This document shows, piece after piece, positions 19,509 through 30,900 of a DNA stretch of 64,000 nucleotides. The stretch is from Nitrososphaeraceae archaeon (GTDB lineage Archaea > Thermoproteota > Nitrososphaeria > Nitrososphaerales > Nitrososphaeraceae). Every line of letters starts with the position of its first letter. Positions within the stretch are counted from its first letter, which is position 1. The DNA lies in the NCBI GenBank assembly GCA_035297365.1, contig DATGZA010000014.1, positions 64,001-128,000 on the forward strand, written 5' to 3'. The notes beneath the pieces are model-generated. The model saw only the letters and a program-made list of their open reading frames with translations, ran no database searches and was not told the origin of the DNA. The position numbers were made by a program, and so were the translations under genes.

Positions 19509-21007
19509 TAGACATTACCTCTACTAGAATTATGTATGATTTTGTCTTGATTTTGATCTGAATAATACTTTTTAACGTATTCTGATTGTAGTAATAAAGC
19601 TGACACAGCTGCGTGCGATTTACTTTCGTATTCTCGACTCCTTCTCTGTAGCATTTTTTGCATTATGTCATATTTTTCAATATAATTTGTAGACATATTT
19701 CCATTAATGAAATTTTGTTCTTCAATAATTGTCTTATGTATTGGAATAGTGGTATTAATTCCTTCAATATTAAATTCTGATAATGCATTTCTCATACAAA
19801 GTCGGGCTTCTTCAAAATCACTTCCGTATGTTATCAATTTCGCTACTAGCGAATCATAATATCCAGACACGTTACATCCTGGGTATAGATAAGTATCAAC
19901 TCGTACTCCTGGACCATTTGGAATATTACAAGTTGGTACATATCCTACGGAGGGGCTAAAATCATCAAATGGGTCTTCTGAATTTATACGGCATTCAATG
20001 GCACATCCTCTTAGTTCAAGATCTTCCTGCTTGAATTCTATATCTTCTCCTTCAGCAACTCGAATTTGTAATTTGACAAGATCTTTGCCTGTTACTAGTT
20101 CCGTTACAGGATGTTCTACCTGCAACCTAGCATTAATTTCAATAAAATAGAAATTTCCTGATGAATCGGATAAGAATTCTGCTGTCCCTGCATTTAAATA
20201 ATCCAATGCGGATGCTGCACGTACTGCAATCTCTCCAACTTTAGCACGGGTGTGTTTATCGACAACAGGAGATGGAGACATTTCTATTAATTTTTGGTGA
20301 CGGCGTTGTATAGAACACTCTCTTTCAAACAAATGTCGACCGTTTCCACTAGAATCTCTTATTAGCTGATATTCGATGTGTCGAATGTTTTCAAGGTATT
20401 TCTCAACAAACAAAGCAGATTTCCCAAAAGCAGATTTAGATTCATTTGATGCCAATTCAAATTCTTGTCTTAACTCTTTTTCATTTGTAACTAATCGAAT
20501 ACCTCTCCCTCCGCCTCCAAAAGCAGATTTTAACATTACAGGATAACCAGCATCTTTTGCAATTTCCGCAGCTTTATCAACATCCTCTACTACTCCTTCA
20601 CTTCCAGGGATCGTAGGTACTTCAGCTTTCTTCATTAGTTCTTTACATTTCATTTTATCCCCAGCCAATTGCATCGCTTTTGCAGTAGGTCCAATGAAAA
20701 TGATTCCATGCTTTTTACATTCTTCTGAAAAACCATCGTTTTCAGAAAGAAAGCCGTATCCAGGGTGAATAGCGTCAGCACCAGCAGCATTTGCAATTTC
20801 TATTATTTTATCAATACGAAGATAACTTTCTGAAGCGGGGGCTGGACCCAAGCGATATGATTCATCTGCCCTCTTAACATGAATTGAACGATTATCTTCA
20901 TCAGAATAAACAGAAATCGATTTTATTCCCAATTGTTTACACGCTCTAATCACTCTTAGAGCAATCTCTCCCCTGTTTGCGATTAGTATAGAAGATATCT
21001 TTGACAT
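19508..21007 (-). CDS. accC: Biotin carboxylase subunit
   Basis: ANRGEIA, HPGYGFLSEN, GGGGRGIR, RLQVEH; start placed at MSKISS (21007). Confidence 0.95.
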   Translation of the reverse strand: MSKISSILIANRGEIALRVIRACKQLGIKSISVYSDEDNRSIHVKRADESYRLGPAPASESYLRIDKIIEIANAAGADAIHPGYGFLSENDGFSEECKKHGIIFIGPTAKAMQLAGDKMKCKELMKKAEVPTIPGSEGVVEDVDKAAEIAKDAGYPVMLKSAFGGGGRGIRLVTNEKELRQEFELASNESKSAFGKSALFVEKYLENIRHIEYQLIRDSSGNGRHLFERECSIQRRHQKLIEMSPSPVVDKHTRAKVGEIAVRAASALDYLNAGTAEFLSDSSGNFYFIEINARLQVEHPVTELVTGKDLVKLQIRVAEGEDIEFKQEDLELRGCAIECRINSEDPFDDFSPSVGYVPTCNIPNGPGVRVDTYLYPGCNVSGYYDSLVAKLITYGSDFEEARLCMRNALSEFNIEGINTTIPIHKTIIEEQNFINGNMSTNYIEKYDIMQKMLQRRSREYESKSHAAVSALLLQSEYVKKYYSDQNQDKIIHNSSRGNV

Positions 21008-21018
21008 AATCCAATCTC

Positions 21019-22581
21019 CTACAAATTTATGTTCCCATGTTTTTTCCATGGCCCGGTTTCTTTCTTACCGGAAAGGCATTCGAGTGCCTGTATAATCATT
21101 GCCCTTGTTTCCATTGGATCAATAACAAGATCTATTATACCTTTTTCAGCGGCTATATATGGATTGGCAAATTTTTTTCTATATTCATCGGCTAATTTCT
21201 TTTTTGTTATTTTGAGATCTTTTGAGCTCTTCAAATCTCTCCGGTGAATGATTGTTATTGCCGCTTCCGGTCCCAATACCGCTATCTCGGCTGTTGGCCA
21301 AGCATAATTGATGTCTGCCTTCAAATTTTTACTTCCCATGGCAATGTAGGCACCGCCATAAGCTTTACCTATAATACAAGTAATTTTTGGAATTGTTGCT
21401 TCACAATACGCATATAATAATTTGCTTCCATGTCGTATTATGCCATTATGTTCTTGATCAGCACCAGGCAAATATCCGGGAGTATCCACAAGAGTAACAA
21501 TTGGAATATTAAAAGAGTCGCAAAATCGAATAAATCTAGCAGATTTATTTGATGAATCAATGTCCATGGCCCCTGCTAGAATCATTGGTTGGTTTGCTAT
21601 TATACCTATAGATCTTCCACCCAACCTAGCAAAACCCACAACTATGTTACTGGCAAATGTTTCGTGTATTTCAAAGAAATCATGATTATCAACGATGTTA
21701 AGAATGATTTCCTTAATATCATAAGGATGATATGGATTCTCCGGGAGAATGTTAATAAGATTTGAATCAAGTCTATTAGGATCATCGTTTGATTCTAATG
21801 TTGGTGGATCCTGACGATTATTTTGGGGAAGATAAGTCAATAATTTTTTGATTTTTTCCATACAATCATATTCGTTACTTGCAACAAGATGGGCAACCCC
21901 AGATTTCGTAGAATGAGTTATTGCTCCTCCAAGTTCCTCGAATGAGACATCTTGACTCAATACCTCTTTTACCACCTCAGGACCGGTTACAAACATTTGG
22001 CCAACATTTTCCACCATAATTACAAAGTCTGTCATTGCTGGAGAATATACTGCACCACCAGCACATGGCCCTATACTTGCAGTTATTTGAGGAATAATAC
22101 CAGAAGCAGTAGTATTTCTATAAAATATATCACCATAGCCATCAAGGCTCATAACCCCCTCTTGAATTCTCGCACCACCAGAATCCAATATACCTATCAA
22201 GGGGGCACCTACCTTAATTGCCTTATCCATTATTTTTACAATCTTTTTGGATGCCATTTCGCCAAGTGATCCACCTAAAATCGTAAAGTCATATGCGTAC
22301 ACAAAGGTCTTTCTTCCATTAATTTTGCCAAATCCAGTAATTACTCCATCTCCATAGAATTTTTTTGTTTCCGATTCATCATTTCTATGAGTTACATATT
22401 TATCCAGTTCAACAAAACTTCCCTCGTCGAGCAGAAGATCTATTCTTTCCCTAGCTGTTAGCTTGCCTTTTGAATGTTGTACGTCAACCTTTTCTTGGCC
22501 TCCTCCAGCCTCTGCTAGTTTTTTCATTTCATACAACTTCTCAGATTTATCTTCGTGCATTAGTTTATCATTATGGCACAA
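21019..22581 (-). CDS. pccB: Acetyl/propionyl-CoA carboxylase carboxyltransferase (3HP/4HB cycle)
   Basis: DSGGARIQEG, GPCAGGAVY, KAYGGAY, KKHGNINL; start may be ATG 22560. Confidence 0.95.
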   Translation of the reverse strand: MCHNDKLMHEDKSEKLYEMKKLAEAGGGQEKVDVQHSKGKLTARERIDLLLDEGSFVELDKYVTHRNDESETKKFYGDGVITGFGKINGRKTFVYAYDFTILGGSLGEMASKKIVKIMDKAIKVGAPLIGILDSGGARIQEGVMSLDGYGDIFYRNTTASGIIPQITASIGPCAGGAVYSPAMTDFVIMVENVGQMFVTGPEVVKEVLSQDVSFEELGGAITHSTKSGVAHLVASNEYDCMEKIKKLLTYLPQNNRQDPPTLESNDDPNRLDSNLINILPENPYHPYDIKEIILNIVDNHDFFEIHETFASNIVVGFARLGGRSIGIIANQPMILAGAMDIDSSNKSARFIRFCDSFNIPIVTLVDTPGYLPGADQEHNGIIRHGSKLLYAYCEATIPKITCIIGKAYGGAYIAMGSKNLKADINYAWPTAEIAVLGPEAAITIIHRRDLKSSKDLKITKKKLADEYRKKFANPYIAAEKGIIDLVIDPMETRAMIIQALECLSGKKETGPWKKHGNINL

Positions 22582-22690
22582 TCCATATATATATAATTAT
22601 AACAAGAATTTCAAAGTACAAATTTACATAATAAAAAATTAAATATAAAATGAGCTAAAATCTATAAAGTATTGTATTAGATTAAAAATA

Positions 22691-22903
22691 TTATTCACGA
22701 AGACTAGATCTTCCGCCCTTGGCACGTCTAAACACGTTCATTCCAAGATTGTAATTTTCAAACAACGATTCTAAAGCCTCGATTTCAGAGACTAATGATT
22801 GTATTTCATATTTGTTTTGGTCTTCATTTTTCTTTAGGGTATCGAGGCGAGCTCTTTTTTCTGAAAGCAATTTACCAACATTATGTTCATATTCACTTGA
22901 CAT
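22691..22903 (-). CDS. Small coiled-coil hypothetical protein
   Basis: 70-aa ORF co-oriented between the rfcL region and acc. Confidence 0.7.
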   Translation of the reverse strand: MSSEYEHNVGKLLSEKRARLDTLKKNEDQNKYEIQSLVSEIEALESLFENYNLGMNVFRRAKGGRSSLRE

Positions 22904-22923
22904 TCACATACTATTGATAAACC

Positions 22924-23298
22924 TCACGATTTTAATTTTACGATCTTATTCATTTTTTCAAGAAGTAGATATTGATATCTACCATAGCAACCAGGATCAT
23001 CAACACAATCATTACAGATAAAAAATAATTTTGGGTCAGTCTTTTCTCCTATGTTCTGATTATCATTTATGAATAAAGAACTTAACGCTTTACAAAATAA
23101 ACATTCAGCTTGGGGAGATGACTTTTTTACTTCATGCTCTTCTATTGGACGATTATTCTGGGAGTAACAATTGAGATGTTTAATAGATTTCGAGATCTTT
23201 GACCAAAAAGCATAGTCGCCAGATTTAAGTAATTTCCCACATACAGAACACTTACCATTAAATTTTACTACCAATTTAATCCAGTCAGATTGACTCAA
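22924..23298 (-). CDS. Hypothetical Zn-binding protein
   Basis: KF.GKCSVCG..HLNC plus CLFC and CNDC; overlaps the rfcL stop. Confidence 0.7.
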   Translation of the reverse strand: MSQSDWIKLVVKFNGKCSVCGKLLKSGDYAFWSKISKSIKHLNCYSQNNRPIEEHEVKKSSPQAECLFCKALSSLFINDNQNIGEKTDPKLFFICNDCVDDPGCYGRYQYLLLEKMNKIVKLKS

Positions 23299-24532
23299 CT
23301 TTTTTCATCCTCTCTATTTCTTTTGAAAAAATTTCAAGATATTTAGAATCTAAAGAATAAGTAAAAATAAACTCGTTGATATCAATTTTATTATTGGACA
23401 TAATTTTCAATAAAAAGGGAAAATATAGGCTTCCAAATGTACTTGATGACACATGGAAATACTTGGAAAGAATAAGAATAATATTTCTTATCGATTGTCC
23501 TCTAGAAAAAATCGTTCCGATATGATACCAATTCAAAGCATATTGATTGTATGCAATGCCTTTGTTTTGGCATTCGTCAGAGAGTTGTTTTGTGATCAAG
23601 CTATTCATATATCTTAACAAATTCCATAACCTTTTTCCATGGATACGAGAAACAAAAATATCTATACTAGATAATCTATCCAGCAAAGTTGATAGATCTC
23701 CTATGTTCAATTTGGAGGTAACAAAACTTGTAAATAACGAGTTAATTATGTCTTTTCTCCGCTCTTCACTGGATAACCCATACCTAGGATCAGAAAAATT
23801 CCCATCGAGATTAGACAGTATCTTCATAAATTCATTCTTATTCTCAGAAGAGAACAACCCATTGATACCGACCGATATTTCGATTTGAAATCCAGTGTTT
23901 GATAATTGATTATCATAACCAGAACATCTAGATTGTAAAAGATTTATCATTGTTCTAACATCACCCTTACTGAGCTTCACAATCGCTAACTTCTCCCCTA
24001 AAGAAATACGCTGTTGATGATAACCTAGTATATAATTTAAAAACATCAACAACAAATAAGGAGAGATCAATTGAAATTTTATAATTTTACATAATTTAGA
24101 CAAATTTTTCATTTTTTGATTTGTAGAATTAGCGGCTAGTATTATAGGAAAGTGTGAGGATGATTTAATAACTTCTATAATAAAATCTAATCCTCCCGTG
24201 TCTTCTCTTCCAGAAATACCATCTACTTCATCTAAGAATAACAATATTTTTTTCCCAAGTAAACTATAATTATTAAGGAGAGGGTTTACCATTTTTTCTA
24301 ATTGGATTTTGTTCCTTGTATCGCTAGCATTAAGTTCAATTAGATCATAATTCAATAAAGTAGATAATATTTTTACTAGAGTAGTCTTCCCTACGCCAGG
24401 TGGACCTAAAAGTAATAATGGTTTTGTTCCAGGAAACCATTTTAAGAGCCATTTTAAAACAGATAACCTAACCTCCTCGTTTCCAATCATCTGCTCGAAT
24501 TTAGTAGGTCTGTGAATTTCTGTCCAATACAT
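23285..24532 (-). CDS. rfcL: Replication factor C large subunit
   Basis: WTEIHRP, GPPGVGKT, IELNASD, LDEVDG, GDVR. Confidence 0.9.
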   Translation of the reverse strand: MYWTEIHRPTKFEQMIGNEEVRLSVLKWLLKWFPGTKPLLLLGPPGVGKTTLVKILSTLLNYDLIELNASDTRNKIQLEKMVNPLLNNYSLLGKKILLFLDEVDGISGREDTGGLDFIIEVIKSSSHFPIILAANSTNQKMKNLSKLCKIIKFQLISPYLLLMFLNYILGYHQQRISLGEKLAIVKLSKGDVRTMINLLQSRCSGYDNQLSNTGFQIEISVGINGLFSSENKNEFMKILSNLDGNFSDPRYGLSSEERRKDIINSLFTSFVTSKLNIGDLSTLLDRLSSIDIFVSRIHGKRLWNLLRYMNSLITKQLSDECQNKGIAYNQYALNWYHIGTIFSRGQSIRNIILILSKYFHVSSSTFGSLYFPFLLKIMSNNKIDINEFIFTYSLDSKYLEIFSKEIERMKKVESI

Positions 24533-24542
24533 GGAATATCTA

Positions 24543-25679
24543 CTATGATAATTTTCTGGTTAATGGACTGATCGTCCTTTCAAAATATTTGAACAGATCC
24601 CTTTTAATTATATCATTATACCAAAACTGATTATAATGATTAACAGTAAGAAAGAGAAATTCTAAAAATGGTTTTAATTCAAATTCATTGGGAAGGAATT
24701 CCAATGCTAATTTGGCTTCATCAAGATATATTTCGCTTTTCTTTAAAGTTAGTTCAAAACCTTTCTTGACATTATTTGCAATCAGAGAATAATATAATGG
24801 CCATGAAGGGATCTTGATTGCACCCTCGTTAATAGAATCTTGCATTTCATTACCACATCCTACTGCTTCACTGGCCTTTGCCATCCCAATATGATATATT
24901 TCATTCAATGGTGTTTGATTTAATGCCATATTTCGGCCAGCTGTACCCATAATGGAGCGATATTTTTTATAACATCCAATCATATGTTCGTCTGTGATAG
25001 ATTCTGGCTTGATCTTTAATTTATGGTCTATAAATTGACCTATACGTGCATCTTTAAAACCATCTTCGAAAGCTTTGAGAACATGATCACCACCTTGAGT
25101 GATTTTTTCTCTAGCAATATCCAAAATATAAGGGTTCATAAGTCGATAATCATCAAGATATTCTATATCTTCATCTTTATCGAGAATTCTGTCCATAGGT
25201 TCACTAAGGTCGATGGCTATTATATGACCATCAATTACAGATGTCCTCAGTTCATTAGATAAATCCTCTTTAAAATAAGATACAGAACCATCAAATAAAG
25301 CATTTAAAACTGGAAATGTCATTTTCACAAAATTAGAATTTAAAAGTCTCTGTACACGATCTGCTAAAATTTCTGGCCTGGATAATCTTGTTTTCACATT
25401 CTCGATCATAGATGAATCTAATCCCATCTCTTGTGAACCGACTTCTTCCACAAATTGAGAGACAGTGTTGCTAGGAGTTGAATCTGAAATTATCTTTCGA
25501 TGTAAGGAGAGAAGAAAGCGTTTAGTAAAATCTTCAAATTCTATTTCATATTTTAATTTGTATTTGTTATATTGTTTGTATCCACGTTCCCTAAGTAATA
25601 CTTGTTTAAGAATATCCTTACCTGCCTTAGTGCTCATGAGGGCACTTTTTGAGAAAACAAAATCATCCTTGCTGCTCAT
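24543..25679 (-). CDS. Hypothetical protein, probably divergent isoprenoid-synthase (trans-prenyltransferase) fold
   Basis: Long intact ORF; DRILDKD, GQFID, GNEMQDS, SWPLYYSL map in order onto IPPS motifs (see findings); the ORF is secure, the function is inferred. Confidence 0.7.
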   Translation of the reverse strand: MSSKDDFVFSKSALMSTKAGKDILKQVLLRERGYKQYNKYKLKYEIEFEDFTKRFLLSLHRKIISDSTPSNTVSQFVEEVGSQEMGLDSSMIENVKTRLSRPEILADRVQRLLNSNFVKMTFPVLNALFDGSVSYFKEDLSNELRTSVIDGHIIAIDLSEPMDRILDKDEDIEYLDDYRLMNPYILDIAREKITQGGDHVLKAFEDGFKDARIGQFIDHKLKIKPESITDEHMIGCYKKYRSIMGTAGRNMALNQTPLNEIYHIGMAKASEAVGCGNEMQDSINEGAIKIPSWPLYYSLIANNVKKGFELTLKKSEIYLDEAKLALEFLPNEFELKPFLEFLFLTVNHYNQFWYNDIIKRDLFKYFERTISPLTRKLS

Positions 25680-25789
25680 GTATGGTTAGTTCAATAGTAA
25701 TTATCAGTATTTATTAACTTTCACATAATAATAAAAAAAATTAATTGTAATTATATTAGAAATTAACAAAAAATAATGATTTTAAATTT

Positions 25790-26398
25790 CTATCTAGAAG
25801 ACATAGCAATTCTTTCTTGTTCATTCTTTTTCTTTATTGCATGACTAGTCATATCGTTATTTGAGGCTAGGATAATTTCCTTCGCAAGTGCTTCCTCAAT
25901 CATTTGAGGATTTGAATAAGTTGATTCTCTAACTCCTTCTGCAATAAACCTCAGTGCTAAATCAAGTCTTCTGAGGGGAGATACATCTACTGAAACATGA
26001 TAAACTACACCACCGTATACAATTCTAGTTGTATCTTCATTAGGTGATGAATTTTCCACTGCGCGTACAAGCAATTCTACAGGATTTTTCCCAGTTTCGA
26101 GAAATATTATGTCGAAGGCAGTTTTTACTATATTAAGTGATTTTACTTTCTTTCCACCCATCCTTCCTGTATTTTTTGCATATTTTTTACCAAAATGCAT
26201 CAATTTATTAGCTAATCTTTCGATAACATGTACCTCAGCCTTCTTCAATCTTTGATGCTCGTGTCTACCAAAGGACACAGGAACAACCATGGATGGATTA
26301 AGAGAAATTACCCTTTTTAGACCAAGATCATTTACTTCTATATCAGACACATCCCATTTATTAAATAACATTATTTTTGAATATTCTTTTCCACTCAT
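25790..26398 (-). CDS. rps7: 30S ribosomal protein uS7
   Basis: LFNKWD, NSSPNEDTTRI, VDVSPLRR, ERIAMSSR. Confidence 0.96.
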   Translation of the reverse strand: MSGKEYSKIMLFNKWDVSDIEVNDLGLKRVISLNPSMVVPVSFGRHEHQRLKKAEVHVIERLANKLMHFGKKYAKNTGRMGGKKVKSLNIVKTAFDIIFLETGKNPVELLVRAVENSSPNEDTTRIVYGGVVYHVSVDVSPLRRLDLALRFIAEGVRESTYSNPQMIEEALAKEIILASNNDMTSHAIKKKNEQERIAMSSR

Positions 26399-26400
26399 CT

Positions 26401-26847
26401 TTATCGCCTTGGTTTTTCTTTCCTTCCATAAACTAACTCTTTTAATGACACACCGTTAACTTTGAAAACCTGCCACCTTACACCGGGAATATCACCCATT
26501 GCTCCCCCCATAGAGCCACCAATTCCCTCAACCTCGACTTCATCATGTTCATCAACAAAATTTAAAGCCCCATCCCGTGGAAGAAAAGCAGTTATTGATT
26601 TTCCATTTTTTATTAATTGTATACGCACACATTTTCTGACCGCAGAGTTAGGTTGTTTTGATTCAATCCCAACTTTTTCCAATACTATTCCTCTCGCTTG
26701 AGGTGCCCCTTCCATTGGATTAGTTTTTTTATCCAACATAAGTACCCTTCTTTTATAATATTTATTAGCCCATCTGGAGCGTTTCCTTTTTGATTTTAAA
26801 ACACGTCCAGCAAACAAGCCTAAAGGAGATTTTGCCATTTTATACAA
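26401..26847 (-). CDS. rps12: 30S ribosomal protein uS12
   Basis: [17 protein letters not shown]. Confidence 0.97.
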   Translation of the reverse strand: MYKMAKSPLGLFAGRVLKSKRKRSRWANKYYKRRVLMLDKKTNPMEGAPQARGIVLEKVGIESKQPNSAVRKCVRIQLIKNGKSITAFLPRDGALNFVDEHDEVEVEGIGGSMGGAMGDIPGVRWQVFKVNGVSLKELVYGRKEKPRR

Positions 26848-27322
26848 TCACACCGGTATTATTATTATTTGTTGTTTGTTCTGGGCTTAATATTAGAACA
26901 TTAGAAATTTGAAAGTAACGCCTTGCAAGCAACCTAGCTTTTTCCGCATTTCTACCTTCTTTTCCAACTACTACACCTTTTTTTTTGGAATCAACAACAA
27001 CAATAGCTTGTTTAGTACCGTCTATCCTCTTATTAATCTTTATTTCATTTATCATGTCAGAATTAAGTATATTCTTTAAAAATTCATCAACATTATCAGA
27101 ATATTCTACTAGTTCAATTCTTTTTGGAACCACATTTTGGAGCTGTTTGATAGTAGAGCCGCCCTTGCCTATAGCTAAACCCATTTGTCCTTTATTTACT
27201 ACAAAAATAACACGATCCATTTTTTCATCCAATATGCAATCTCTAGCTGTTGCACTTGTGATGCTTTGAAAAAGAGAAATAAGACGGAGTTCATCTGAGG
27301 TTAATTTTATTTTTTCAGTCAA
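26840..27322 (-). CDS. nusA: Archaeal NusA (KH domains)
   Basis: [18 protein letters not shown]. Confidence 0.93.
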   Translation of the reverse strand: MTEKIKLTSDELRLISLFQSITSATARDCILDEKMDRVIFVVNKGQMGLAIGKGGSTIKQLQNVVPKRIELVEYSDNVDEFLKNILNSDMINEIKINKRIDGTKQAIVVVDSKKKGVVVGKEGRNAEKARLLARRYFQISNVLILSPEQTTNNNNTGVIV

Positions 27323-27598
27323 TCTTATACATACCTCTATTTGTAATTTTTCCTAATAGATTATTCGTCAAATGATTAACATGCTGTGTAATAAAGTATA
27401 ATTTAAATTTTAATGAAATAATCTTCATTTGGATAAATTTTTATGATTTCAAGAATTAGGTGATACACTTTCTTATTAATTACTGTAGTTTCAGAAATGA
27501 GAGGTGAAGTTTAAAAACTGTTAAAAATCTTCTTATGGAATTTTACCACATATAGAATTGTAGCAGACAAGACCAAATAAAATAAAAAAATAAAAAAA

Positions 27599-27907
27599 TT
27601 ATTGATTTTGCATTAGTTCTTTTATATCTTCGTCCTGAATATTTTTTAAAGAGACAGAAGAAATTCTATAGGATTTATTAAAGAGTCTTCCTAATTTAAC
27701 CGAATTTTCTTGCAGATAATAAATCGGGACATTGTATTCGGAAGCCTGTGTCTCTATAAACCTTTTATCTTTACTATTTACAGTATTTGACAATATTAAC
27801 AATTTTGATCCCTTTATATTCGATTTTACTTCTTTAATTCCCCTTTTGTATTTGTTATTGGATATTGATTCTTTAATTATTTTCTCCAAAATCTTCATTT
27901 TGTTCAT
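27599..27907 (-). CDS. rpl30e: Ribosomal protein eL30 (L7Ae family)
   Basis: G.KEV..KLLILS..SVKLG; position between rpoA and nusA. Confidence 0.85.
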   Translation of the reverse strand: MNKMKILEKIIKESISNNKYKRGIKEVKSNIKGSKLLILSNTVNSKDKRFIETQASEYNVPIYYLQENSVKLGRLFNKSYRISSVSLKNIQDEDIKELMQNQ

Positions 27908-30900
27908 TCACCTTCATATACAATTCAACCATTCCAGTTCCAACAGGAACAGTTGCGCCTACAATTACATTTTCTGTAACTCCTTTTAATGCTTCCGTTT
28001 GACCTTCCATTGCTGCTCTGGCAATAGTAGGAACAGTGATTTCAAATGCTGCTCTAGCTAAAACGGATGTTTTAGTTCCTGCAATGCCATGTCTACCTAT
28101 CTGTTGAAGATAGCCTTTAGACGTCATTAGATCTGCAACAAGCATAATATGCCTAATATCTACCTCTAGACCTTGTTCCTCCAGTGTATTTGTGATCTCT
28201 TTGACTAGAGCAGTCCTTGCAGCCTCAATTCCTAAAGTTTGCCATATTTCGTATACATTGTTAGTAGTTATTCTTGAAAGATCAATACCATCTACATAAA
28301 TAATTTTAGCCAAATTGGAGCCGGCAGTTTGTATAACCCATTCGTCAATTTGTTTAACTATAGTTACTCTTTCTATATCTGGTACTCCTTTTATCCTTGT
28401 GTTTAAAAGTTTATTCTTTAACAACAGAAGACTTTGTGCATCTAAATCTTCGTTCATTTTCATAACAATACTCAATTCGTTTTCATCAAGAATACTATCA
28501 TATTTCTTTTTAGAACCTTTTAGAATCTCGAATATATCTTTGATATTACAGCCTCTTTCAGTCAATTTGTCAGAAGATAAACTGAATTTGATTATACCTC
28601 CATAATCGATGTCAGTTTTTTCTACAACATCTATAACCTTTGTATGGATAATCTCTTTTGCAACATTTAATGCTTGTTCTCTGGAGAACCGATGTTGTTC
28701 GTCTAGATAAATATCCATTGTAGGAGTTATAGGTTTCTTTCGTGCGTCTACAAGTTCTATTAATCGTGGTAGTCCAAGAGTAACATTTCTTTCCTTTACT
28801 CCCGCATAATGGAATGTTCTGAGAGTCATCTGAGTCCCAGGTTCACCTATAGATTGTGCAGTGACAACCCCGACTGCTTCACCTGGTTCTACTAGTGCTC
28901 TTTCCACAAGATCAATAATCTTTTTAACTACCTTTTCGATACCTTGTTTACTAAGTTTATTATCCAGTAAGATAGTTTCAATATTTGATCTTAATTTGGG
29001 ATTAAAATGTGATATATATTGATTTAATATATGTCTAATTTCAGATTCGTCTGCTTTCGTACCTTCATCTACTACAGACTCACTTTCGATAATTCTTGAA
29101 ATATTAACCGCTTCACCATGATCACTTTTAGCTGGGTCAATCCCATCTTCTCCATAAAGATATTGAATAATGTTACCGTGGGGGTCCCTAACTGTTCCAT
29201 CATATTCCATTTTCAAGTGTTCGAGAGCATTAATCAATCTTCTTTGCATATAGCCAGATTGTTGTGTTCTTACGGCGGTATCAACCAGACCTTCTCTTCC
29301 GCCCATAGCATGAAAAAAGAACTCTAAAGGAGTTAGTCCATCACGGTAATTTGATTTTACAAATCCCTTAGCATCAGGATTGGTATCATTTATCCTAAAA
29401 TGTGGCAAAGAACGATTCCGATAGCCCTTGTGAATTCTTTTACCTCGTATTGATTGCTGACCTAAAACGGCAGTCATTTGACCTATATTAAGGGTTGACC
29501 CACGAGCACCGGTAGATGCCATTATTACACCCGCATTATCATTCGGAAAAGATCTGTCTGCAAGTCTACCTGCGCGATCTCTTGCGCGAGATAACTCATT
29601 TACTAGGTACAATTCTAGTGCCTCCTCAGGGGCGAGACCCCTAGTTAGTGGCAAAGTTCCATCCTTATATTGAAGAATTAGCTCACCAATTTTATCATAG
29701 GCTTTTTTAATTACTCCAGTAATTTCTTTTTCTGTCTCTTCTGTCAGCCATAAATCAGAATACCCGTACGTAAAACCACGATGAGTAATGAATGTTTTTA
29801 ACATAATAAGTATTGAATTCAGGAACTTTTGAGCAACATCGTTTCCATAATCCTTAGCGATTCTGTGCAAAACACTGTCAGGTTCTTCTGCTCCAATTGA
29901 TGCTTTGTCTATAACTCCACTTATTAGTTCCCCATTTTTGATTACTACATCTTTTCCCTCTCCTTTAATTGATTTGTTCCATTTTGATGTGATAATAAAA
30001 TTAAAGTCATTTGGAAGAAATAAGGAAAATAGTTGTTTTCCTGTATAAAACTTCTTCCCATCCTTTTCACCTTTATGCTCGGGGATAGGTCCTGAATATC
30101 CACCTAGTAATGCTAAATTAAAGAATTCCTCTTGTGATAATATAGTTTCATCTCTTGTTAAAAGATATGCGCCTGTAATAAAGTCACGTATTCCACCAAT
30201 AATTGGACCGCCGTATCTTGGAGAAATTAGTTGATCTTGAACACTCATAAGCAACGTTGCCTCAGACCGTGCTTCTTCACTCTGAGGTACATGAAGGTTC
30301 ATTTCATCACCATCAAAATCTGCATTATATGGAGGACAAACAGCAGGATGTAATCGAAATGTTCTATATGGCAAAACTTTAACATAATGAGCCATAATTG
30401 ACATCCTGTGTAAAGAAGGTTGTCTGTTGAAAATAACGATATCTCCTTCAGATAAATGTCTCTCTATAATGTAACCAGGAACTATCGAATCCGCAACCAT
30501 TTGTCTATCGTTTACATAATCGAGTCTTATTTTTACCCCATCGGATCTTATGATATAGTTAGCTCCAGGGTATGAGTAAGGGCCGTTAAAAACTAGTTTC
30601 TTTAATTTTTCTAGATTCCATGATGAGACGGTTTCTGGGATGGTAAGTTTCTTTGCAACTTCATATGGAATACCAACCTCTGAAATAGCAATATTTGGAT
30701 CCGGAGAGATTACTGTTCTACTTGAAAAATCCACACGTTTTCCTGATAATGAACCTCTAAATCTACCTTCCTTTCCCTTTAATCTTTGGGTAAGTGTCTT
30801 CAATGGCCTTCCTGATCTATGATGAGCCTGTGGAATTCCAGAAACTTCATTATCAAAATACGTCGTAACATGATATTGTAACAAGTCTACTAAATCTTGA

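Noticed and set aside
27323-27598. Possible C/D-box sRNA or leader between rpl30e and nusA
   Set aside because: No convincing C box/D box pair or stem found by eye
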